From positions 1-39,983 of the forward strand of contig JAZSOJ010000153.1 in NCBI GenBank assembly GCA_045536855.1: 39,983 nt of DNA, in the 5' to 3' direction. The stretch is from Clostridia bacterium (GTDB lineage Bacteria; Bacillota; Clostridia; UBA1381; UBA9506). The notes below the pieces were generated by a model, which saw nothing but the letters and a program-made list of their open reading frames with translations, was not told where the DNA came from and ran no database searches. Position numbers and translations under genes: made by a program. Shown in pieces: positions 15,557 to 21,638 of the stretch. The first letter of the stretch is position 1. The number at the start of each line of letters is the position of its first letter.

Positions 15557-15760
15557 ATGCTTGCAAAACACAGGGAAATCCTGTTATGCATCAAAGGCGA
15601 GTTGATCGGCCTGAACTATGCGTTTGATGGCCCCATCTCATCCTTCGTTTTGAAGTTGGCTCGCGAACTGGGCGAGGTATTGGATGAAGATGCCTCTTAT
15701 GATGTGTTTGTCGAGGGGGACACGCCAAAAGTTTTCAAAAAATTGGAAAGGGAGGAATAA
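15557..15760 (+). CDS. small hypothetical protein
   Basis: ATG 15557 sits 7 nt after GAAGGAGGA. Confidence 0.45.
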   Translation: MLAKHREILLCIKGELIGLNYAFDGPISSFVLKLARELGEVLDEDASYDVFVEGDTPKVFKKLEREE

Positions 15761-15762
15761 CA

Positions 15763-16170
15763 ATGCGTGAAATTCTGTTCCGTGGCAAGCGGATCGACAA
15801 TGGCAAATGGGTGGAAGGTGGCTATTACCTTGACCCCTATCCGAATAAGGTATACATCGTTCAGTGGAATTCTACCGGGATGGGTTTTGCAGATCATATA
15901 GAGGTATACCCCGAAATTGTGGGACAGTACACCGGGTTGGTAGATGAAATGGGCAGGAAGATCTTCGAGGGGGATATCCTGCACGGTCAATTTTTCGCCG
16001 TCAATCGGCAAATGTTTGTTTTTAATGATATACATGTCGTTTTTCACGACGGTGCGTTTCGTTTTTTGTGTGGCGGCAAAGGCGCTCTCCCGCCCGATGA
16101 GGTAAAAAGAATCTCATGGGCAATCGTCGGCAACATCCATGAAAGCACCGAAAAGGAGGAACCCAAATGA
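15763..16170 (+). CDS. YopX-family protein
   Basis: MREILFRGKRIDNGKWVEG...QYTGLVDEMGRKIFEGDIL...IVGNIHE is the typical YopX pattern. Confidence 0.75.
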   Translation: MREILFRGKRIDNGKWVEGGYYLDPYPNKVYIVQWNSTGMGFADHIEVYPEIVGQYTGLVDEMGRKIFEGDILHGQFFAVNRQMFVFNDIHVVFHDGAFRFLCGGKGALPPDEVKRISWAIVGNIHESTEKEEPK

Positions 16171-16631
16171 TCTACAACCTTAACGAATTTGCCAAGGAAG
16201 TCCACGAAAACGCCGTCGCCCACGGCTTTTGGGACGATGATGCTACCGATGAACGGCAGATCGCCCTGATCCACTCAGAATGGTCGGAGGCGCTACAGGC
16301 TGACCGCAGCGGATGCACGCCACGGGAGGTGTGCATGGAGCTGATCGACGGGGTGCTGAGGGTGCTGGATTACTGCGCAGAAAAGGGCGTTCAAGTAGCG
16401 GATTGCAAATGGGAATCAACCATGGGCTTTTTCAATTTGGTTGTTCATTTGCATAACATCACCAGCATGCTGATTCACATTCCACGGATGGTATCCCCGA
16501 AGAGGCAGACTTATATTGTGTCGGCGGTGTTCGCTTTTGTACGTTCTTACGACCTTGACCCCTACGAGCTGATGAAGCAAAAGCATGAATTTAACTTGAC
16601 CCGCCCACATAAACACGGAAAACTCTATTGA
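16167..16631 (+). CDS. MazG-like nucleotide pyrophosphohydrolase (putative)
   Basis: EVHENAVAHGFWDD...LIHSEWSEALQADR and C-terminal FNLTRPHKHGKLY resemble phage MazG-like proteins. Confidence 0.55.
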   Translation: MIYNLNEFAKEVHENAVAHGFWDDDATDERQIALIHSEWSEALQADRSGCTPREVCMELIDGVLRVLDYCAEKGVQVADCKWESTMGFFNLVVHLHNITSMLIHIPRMVSPKRQTYIVSAVFAFVRSYDLDPYELMKQKHEFNLTRPHKHGKLY

Positions 16632-16644
16632 AAGGATGTGTTTT

Positions 16645-16806
16645 ATGCTCCTGTTCTGCGGCAGAAAAGTCCTGCTTGATGGCAAGCGCCCTTACATCGT
16701 CATCGAGAAGTTGCAATGCGATATGGTGGTCATCCAATCGACTATCAATTCCAAAAAGCAGTTGACTGTGAATCGGTCGAGGCTGCAAAGCGCCATCAAG
16801 TGGTAA
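16645..16806 (+). CDS. small hypothetical protein (53 aa, below the track cutoff)
   Basis: ATG 16645 sits 8 nt after AAAGGA. MLLFCGRKVLLDGKRPYIVIEKLQCDMVVIQS... Confidence 0.35.
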   Translation: MLLFCGRKVLLDGKRPYIVIEKLQCDMVVIQSTINSKKQLTVNRSRLQSAIKW

Positions 16807-16845
16807 AAAAAGAAAGCCCCCTGTCCGGCGGCAACCGGCAGGGGG
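16805..16845 (-). terminator. intrinsic terminator oriented for minus-strand transcription
   Basis: 11-bp stem CCCCCTG(T)CCGG / CCGGCAGGGGG (16817-16845). On the minus strand CTTTCTTTTTTT follows it. No T tract follows on the plus strand. Confidence 0.5.
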
Positions 16846-16913
16846 TACGGCAAGAAAGGAGATGTCGCAAAACCATAATAACACAAGGGGGCGATCTTAC
16901 GCAATACAAACCC

Positions 16914-17444
16914 ATGAACCCGGCAAAGGCTTTTCTTTTGGATTACCGCCATTCGCTGCTGAATCTGGAACGCCATGTGCGGGAATACAACCGCCTTTCC
17001 AGCCAATATGACAATTTGCAAGCCGCATGGGATAGGGCAACCAGAGCAACCAGCAGCCTGACAGCCATCCGGGTTTCCGGCACGCCCAACCATGATAGCA
17101 TGGCCAATGCCGTCATGGATATCATCCAGCTGGAACAGAAGCACGAAGCAGCCAAAGAGCTGTATGAGCAGTACAAGGGCAACGCCGATGGTACGCTGGA
17201 CTGGCTGCTGGAGGATATGCAGCGGCTTGCCGATGTTGGCAAGAGCCGTTTGGAGGCCATCAGCCAGATACAGGAGCAGCGGCAGCAGTTGGTTCTTTTT
17301 TACCGCTATTTCCTGCCCTATATGTCGTTTGTGAAGATCGCCGAAGAAATCACCCGGCTCACCGGCAAGCATTGCGGCGAAGATAACGTGTACAAACTGC
17401 ATGGAAAGGCACTTGCAGAATTGCGCCGCATCATCGGCGAATAA
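16914..17444 (+). CDS. sigma-70 region-4-like late transcription activator (ArpU/RinA/DUF1492 class)
   Basis: C-terminal LVLFYRYFLPYMSFVKIAEEI...VYKLHGKALAELRRI resembles a region-4 HTH. Last regulator-like gene before the late genes. Start uncertain because ATG 16914 has no clear SD. Confidence 0.5.
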   Translation: MNPAKAFLLDYRHSLLNLERHVREYNRLSSQYDNLQAAWDRATRATSSLTAIRVSGTPNHDSMANAVMDIIQLEQKHEAAKELYEQYKGNADGTLDWLLEDMQRLADVGKSRLEAISQIQEQRQQLVLFYRYFLPYMSFVKIAEEITRLTGKHCGEDNVYKLHGKALAELRRIIGE

Positions 17445-17445
17445 A

Positions 17446-17476
17446 AAGACCGGGGAGTTATTCCCCGGCTTTTTTC
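17446..17476. terminator. bidirectional intrinsic terminator
   Basis: CCGGGGA (17450-17456) pairs with TCCCCGG (17462-17468), 5-nt loop. An A-run lies on the left and TTTTTT on the right. Confidence 0.8.
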
Positions 17477-17735
17477 AATCATCCGTATGGTATGAATCAT
17501 AGAACGCTTGCAGCGCAGGTGTGATGCCACCGTCGAAAATCCCGTTGGGGCTTCTGTCCCTCTCGATAGTCTCAACGATAGCACGCAGGATGAACCCTTG
17601 CATGGATTCCCCCATTGACGAAGCGTGCCTCTTCACCAGATCCTTCACGCCCTGCGGGGTGGTGATGGAAATCCTGTCGTAGTGGTTGCGTACATAGGTA
17701 TTGACCGCTTTTTGCTGTGCTTTGGTGGTTGCCAT
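17475..17735 (-). CDS. ribbon-helix-helix (Arc/CopG-like) DNA-binding protein
   Basis: ATG 17735 sits 9 nt after GGAGGG. MATTKAQQKAVNTYVRNHYDRISITTPQGVKDLVKRHASSMGESMQGFILRAIVETIERDR. It is the only real minus-strand gene between 5.6 and 38.8 kb. Confidence 0.7.
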   Translation of the reverse strand: MATTKAQQKAVNTYVRNHYDRISITTPQGVKDLVKRHASSMGESMQGFILRAIVETIERDRSPNGIFDGGITPALQAFYDSYHTDD

Positions 17736-17756
17736 ATGTATATCCCTCCCCGATTC

Positions 17757-17787
17757 ATTATAGGCCACAAATATATTTACATAAATA
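17757..17787 (-). promoter_or_regulatory. leftward promoter plus operator O1
   Basis: On the minus strand: TTTATG (17785-17780), 17 nt, TATAAT (17762-17757). The palindromic site TATTTACATAAATA (17774-17787) overlaps the -35. Confidence 0.55.
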
Positions 17788-17821
17788 GATAATTTGGTAT
17801 GAAACTTTGCCGTTTTGTAAA

Positions 17822-17850
17822 TTGATATATTTATGTAAATATAATATAAT
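17822..17850 (+). promoter_or_regulatory. rightward near-consensus promoter plus operator O2
   Basis: TTGATA (17822-17827), 17 nt, TATAAT (17845-17850). TATTTATGTAAATA (17828-17841), the exact reverse complement of O1, fills the spacer. Confidence 0.65.
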
Positions 17851-18005
17851 TCAAACTGTCAGGAGGGGCGGTAAAGCCCCCCGGGCGTAAGAGGATAAAA
17901 CAGGATGCGGTTAGCCCCGCCCACCTTACGAGGTTCAAGCGGCAAGCACGATGCGAAAGGCAACCTACTTACGCCACACTTCAAAGCAAGAAAGGGGAAC
18001 CCGCA

Positions 18006-18275
18006 ATGAGTACCTACGAACTGACCGCCACCGCCACCGAGCTGATGGAACTGAAGCGCATGCGTGAAGAGCTGGATGCCGAGATCGCCTCTCTGGAGGA
18101 TCAGATCAAAGCCCACATGGGCAACACCGAGCAGGTGACCGCCGGAGCCTTCAAGATCAGCTGGAAGACCGTCACCAGCAGCCGGGTGGACACCACCGCC
18201 CTGAAGAAGGCCATGCCGGAGCTGGCAGCCCAGTACACCAAGACCACCACCAGCCGCCGGTTCACCATTAACTGA
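18006..18275 (+). CDS. hypothetical coiled-coil protein
   Basis: RBS AAAGGGGA; 89 aa; N-terminal heptad-like ELMELKRMREELDAEIASLEDQIKAHM. Confidence 0.6.
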   Translation: MSTYELTATATELMELKRMREELDAEIASLEDQIKAHMGNTEQVTAGAFKISWKTVTSSRVDTTALKKAMPELAAQYTKTTTSRRFTIN

Positions 18276-18322
18276 TAGCAATGACCGCCGGGGGAGCAAT
18301 CCCCCGGCAGAAAGGACAACGT

Positions 18323-18589
18323 ATGAAAAGAGAATATGACGAGCTTGTTGATAAGAATTGTAAAAAGTCAAAGATTATCGGAAAATACGCTTTCATTACA
18401 GACAAAGAAAGCATTTACTATCGAGAATGGGGCAGAATTATTGACTATGATGGAGAAGCGTATTATATAGCGATTGCCGACGGTGCAGACAGTTTCCCGA
18501 TGTTCGACAGAGATCAATTCAAAGTCCCGCAAAGACAATTCTTGCGGTATCACGCTGACCTTATCAGAGAAAGGAACGCCATTATATAA
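18323..18589 (+). CDS. hypothetical protein (AT-richer insert)
   Basis: ATG 18323 follows AAAGGA. Visibly lower GC than its neighbours. Bracketed by GC hairpins at 18287-18308 and 18593-18610. Confidence 0.5.
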   Translation: MKREYDELVDKNCKKSKIIGKYAFITDKESIYYREWGRIIDYDGEAYYIAIADGADSFPMFDRDQFKVPQRQFLRYHADLIRERNAII

Positions 18590-18640
18590 CCACCCGCCCC
18601 GCACGGGGCGGCTGATCCCCGGGAGAAGGAGGCCCACCCC

Positions 18641-18919
18641 ATGATCACCACCCAATTCGTTTATCAGTTCGTCGGCGGCCCGTTAAATGGTCAGACCCTG
18701 ACCCATGAACAGGCCGAGGCCATCTCCATCGGGGAAAGCCCCAACTACACGCTGGAGCGTGCCATGGGGCGGCTGGTGCCCCGTGCGGAGCTGGATGAGC
18801 AGCCCCGGATTCCCGGCTATGTCGGCCCTATGTGGGACGGCACCCGAAACACCTCATTCGGCCTTGTGGGCGTGATCCGCTACGAGACCCAAGAGGTATA
18901 CAACACCCTGAGCAATTGA
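18641..18919 (+). CDS. hypothetical protein
   Basis: RBS GAAGGAGG; 92 aa. Confidence 0.55.
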   Translation: MITTQFVYQFVGGPLNGQTLTHEQAEAISIGESPNYTLERAMGRLVPRAELDEQPRIPGYVGPMWDGTRNTSFGLVGVIRYETQEVYNTLSN

Positions 18920-18962
18920 CCGATCCCCGCCCCGGAGGTGACGAGGGCAGAAAGGAACTGTC

Positions 18963-19877
18963 ATGATGTACTACGAAATCAACGAAGAAACCGCCCGGGT
19001 ATCCCATGATATGATGAGCATGCGGGATTATGTGCCCGGCAGCGCAACCGCCCGGTATCGTGCTTCTGTGGATAAGGCCGCCGAGCTGGTGGAGCAGCAG
19101 AAAAAGCAGGTAAGCGAGTTTTACCACGGCAAGCTGGATCACCTGCTGGACAGGTACGCCAAGACCCTTGCGGAGTACCTGAACCGGGAAAACCAAATCG
19201 GCACCATGTGCCCGTCCGTGATGATCGCCGGTGCCAGCAATTTCCCCGTGCACAAGAAGCAAAAGCAGGTTGCCGCATGGGATCGCAACCGGGAGAACTT
19301 TGAAAAGGCAGAAGCCATCCTGCGCCAGATCCGCAGCGTTGGCACCGGCCCCATCGACTTTGCCGACCCCCATGCCGAAGAAATGCTGACCGAGCGCATC
19401 GCCCTGCTGCAATCCGAGCTGGACGCATTCAAAGAGGCAAACGCCTACTATCGCAAGCACAAGACGCTGGAAGGCTGCCCCGGCATCAGCGAACGCCACC
19501 GGGAATGGCTGACCCGTCCCGGCGTGTTCCATGCGGGCGATGGCACGCCCTTGGAGCTGTACAAAGCCCCGTATACTTCTTACCACCTGACCAGCATCCG
19601 CACCCGGCTGAAAGCCGCCAAGCAGCGTCTGGAAGAGTACCACAACCGCCAGCAAAAGGCACAGCAGGGCGGCGACGATCTGAAATTCGACGGCGGCGAG
19701 ATCGTGCGCAATTCCGAGCTGAACCGGCTGCAAATCATCTTTGATGACATCCCGGACGATGACACCCGCACCGCCTTGAAGCGCAATGGTTTCCGCTGGT
19801 CGCCCTCCAACAAGGCATGGCAGCGGCAACTAACCGAAGCCGCCGAACGGGCAGCCCTGAGCATTGTTCGACAGTAA
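18963..19877 (+). CDS. DUF3560-like protein
   Basis: C-terminal FDGGEIVRNSELNRLQIIFDDIPDDDTRTALKRNGFRWSPSNKAWQRQ matches my memory of the DUF3560 motif (...LK..GFRWS....W). Needs a profile search. Confidence 0.5.
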   Translation: MMYYEINEETARVSHDMMSMRDYVPGSATARYRASVDKAAELVEQQKKQVSEFYHGKLDHLLDRYAKTLAEYLNRENQIGTMCPSVMIAGASNFPVHKKQKQVAAWDRNRENFEKAEAILRQIRSVGTGPIDFADPHAEEMLTERIALLQSELDAFKEANAYYRKHKTLEGCPGISERHREWLTRPGVFHAGDGTPLELYKAPYTSYHLTSIRTRLKAAKQRLEEYHNRQQKAQQGGDDLKFDGGEIVRNSELNRLQIIFDDIPDDDTRTALKRNGFRWSPSNKAWQRQLTEAAERAALSIVRQ

Positions 19878-19947
19878 CGCCGGCAGCAGGAATCCCCGCC
19901 ACGGGCGGCGAATAACTCAGGAAAGACAAACGAAGGAGGATGACACC

Positions 19948-20157
19948 ATGTATTGGAGCATTGAAAGCTGGGGCAGCGACTATCCCCCTGTAAACGCCGA
20001 TGAGATCATCTCAGCAGCCAACGCTGTGATTGATAGGTATGCCAAATCCAACCCCGATTACACCGAAGCCGAGCTTCGGGATTACAGCGACTATCTGTGG
20101 GAAAACTTTTGCATTTACGGTGAGATTGACGGTGTCGTTGCAGAATACGAAGAATAA
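19948..20157 (+). CDS. small, strongly acidic hypothetical protein (69 aa)
   Basis: ATG 19948 follows GAAGGAGGA. 16 D/E versus 3 K/R by direct count. Confidence 0.55.
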   Translation: MYWSIESWGSDYPPVNADEIISAANAVIDRYAKSNPDYTEAELRDYSDYLWENFCIYGEIDGVVAEYEE

Positions 20158-20178
20158 GCAAAAGCAGGGGATGGCATC

Positions 20179-20454
20179 ATGAATTATCCAAGAATTGGCG
20201 ATACAGTACCATTTGGCGGCAAAAGTTATGTATTGATTTCAGAACCTTGCCCGATGGAAGATGTATATATTAAAGGTGTATGGGCATCCTCTGTTTTCTT
20301 TGCGGAGGGTTACGAAGCGGGAGAAGAACCGACAGGGGAACCGTATGTCATCAGTTGGGATGTACTGCCGGAATATGCTGGTATCGGAGCAAATGACCCA
20401 TTTGTAACGTGGGAAATGATGTGCGCATGGGATCACCCTTCGCACGTTGAATAG
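20179..20454 (+). CDS. small acidic hypothetical protein (91 aa)
   Basis: 15 D/E versus 3 K/R by direct count. A strong terminator follows. Confidence 0.55.
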   Translation: MNYPRIGDTVPFGGKSYVLISEPCPMEDVYIKGVWASSVFFAEGYEAGEEPTGEPYVISWDVLPEYAGIGANDPFVTWEMMCAWDHPSHVE

Positions 20455-20461
20455 GTAAAAG

Positions 20462-20487
20462 CAGGGGAGAAAGTCCCCTGTTTTTTT
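20462..20487 (+). terminator. intrinsic terminator closing the accessory operon
   Basis: CAGGGGA-GAAAG-TCCCCTG followed by TTTTTTT. Confidence 0.85.
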
Positions 20488-20640
20488 ATTAAGTGCCACT
20501 TTTTCATGCAACTCAATATCAAAAATCGCCACTTTTTTGATGTTTTACCCCTCAAATTTGCATATTTGCTGCAAAAAACTATAACTGTACTTAGAATTTA
20601 TCACATCAACTTATAAAAAAATCGAAAAAAGTTGCAAGAT

Positions 20641-20660
20641 TACAGTCTTTTACAGTCTTT
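20641..20660 (+). repeat. perfect tandem TACAGTCTTT x2
   Basis: 20641-20650 and 20651-20660 are identical. Lies in the AT-rich spacer upstream of the late genes. Confidence 0.8.
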
Positions 20661-20685
20661 TTGTGATAACATACTACCGTCAAAA

Positions 20686-20717
20686 GCGACCACCCACCCG
20701 GGCAGGTCGCTTTTTTT
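20686..20717 (+). terminator. strong intrinsic terminator abutting tRNA-Gly
   Basis: GCGACC...GGTCGC stem with inner CCC/GGG pairs, then T7 (20711-20717). Confidence 0.8.
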
Positions 20718-20719
20718 GT

Positions 20720-20794
20720 GCATCCGTAGCGTAGTTGGCAGCGTGCCAGCCTTCCAAGCTGGCGGGGTGGGTTCAAGCCCCATCGGATGCTCCA
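20720..20794 (+). tRNA. tRNA-Gly (anticodon UCC), CCA encoded, phage-borne
   Basis: Acceptor GCATCCG/CGGATGC. Anticodon stem CCAGC/GCTGG with loop CTTCCAA. T arm GTGGG-TTCAAGC-CCCAT. Weak D stem (2 G-U pairs). Confidence 0.85.
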
Positions 20795-20891
20795 ATAGGT
20801 AGTGGCCTCGTGCCGGGATTTAGTGCGCAGCCCCCGCACGACCTCCGCATGGTGGGGTGTGGAGCAGGATGAGGGCAAAGGAGGGGATAAC

Positions 20892-21638
20892 GTGCAGATC
20901 ATCATGAAAAAGGTGTCGGAGCTGACACCGTATGACAAGAACGCTAAGAAGCATGATGCTGCACAGATCGCAAATGTGGCGCAGTCCATCAGCGAGATGG
21001 GATGGAAACAACCCATCGTAATCGATGCCAATGGCGTGGTGATCGTCGGGCATTGCCGTCTGCTGGCTGCCAAGAAGCTCAAGCAGAAGGAAGTGCCCTG
21101 CGTGGTGGCTGATGATCTGACCCCCGAGCAGATCAAGAAGTACCGCATTTTGGACAACAAGCTGGCAGAATCTCCGTGGGATCTCGACCTGCTGGCAGAG
21201 GATGCCGACGGGCTGGATTTCAGCGGGTATGATCTCGATCTGGGTCTGGATGTACAATCCGGGGGGGGTGCTACCAACGATGACATGTACACCTCGAAAA
21301 TTTCCACGCCCCAGTACCAAGTGACGGATGTGAAGCCGGAAATCTCCGCTCTCGTCGATCAAACCAAGACAGATGCCCTGCTGCTGGATATCGAAGGGGC
21401 TCAGGTGCCCGAAGAAATCAAACGGTTTCTCCAATTGGCTGCATATCGGCATTTGGTTTTCGATTATCACAACATCGCCGAATACTATGCCCATGCTCCG
21501 CAGGAAGTGCAGGAGCTGATGGAGCGTTCCGCATTGGTCATCATCGACTATAACGATGCCATTGCCGGTGGGTATGTAAAGCTGAAAAGCGAAATCGATC
21601 AGATGTTCGAGGAGGCTTTCGCCGCTGATGAGGAATGA
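20892..21638 (+). CDS. ParB N-terminal (ParB/Srx nuclease-like) domain protein with an unassigned C-terminal domain
   Basis: GTG 20892 sits 5 nt after AAAGGAGGGG. LTPYDKNAKKH...GWKQPIVIDANGVVIVGHCRLLAAKKL is the ParB-N signature (GxxRxxA). Confidence 0.75.
   Translation: MQIIMKKVSELTPYDKNAKKHDAAQIANVAQSISEMGWKQPIVIDANGVVIVGHCRLLAAKKLKQKEVPCVVADDLTPEQIKKYRILDNKLAESPWDLDLLAEDADGLDFSGYDLDLGLDVQSGGGATNDDMYTSKISTPQYQVTDVKPEISALVDQTKTDALLLDIEGAQVPEEIKRFLQLAAYRHLVFDYHNIAEYYAHAPQEVQELMERSALVIIDYNDAIAGGYVKLKSEIDQMFEEAFAADEE

Noticed and set aside
16862-17011. ATG immediately after AAAGGAG, opening a 49-codon ORF
   Set aside because: The SD-to-ATG spacing is effectively zero. The product is featureless, and the ORF is out of frame with and overlaps the sigma-like gene. 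It does leave the true start of the sigma-like gene uncertain.
17859-18371. 170-aa minus-strand ORF covering the operon leader and ORF 18006-18275
   Set aside because: It would be transcribed into the RHH promoter region with no RBS. The plus-strand ORFs have strong RBSs, and the composition is Gly/Leu/Pro/Arg-rich.
18828-19829. 333-aa minus-strand ORF across the DUF3560-like gene
   Set aside because: Shadow of a plus-strand gene that has an RBS and a conserved-looking C-terminal motif. The product is Gly/Ala/Leu/Val-rich and otherwise featureless.
20606-21307. 233-aa minus-strand ORF overlapping tRNA-Gly and the ParB-like gene
   Set aside because: It runs antisense through a well-folded tRNA, a terminator and a gene with a clear ParB-N motif. 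Ser/Cys/Arg-rich shadow product.
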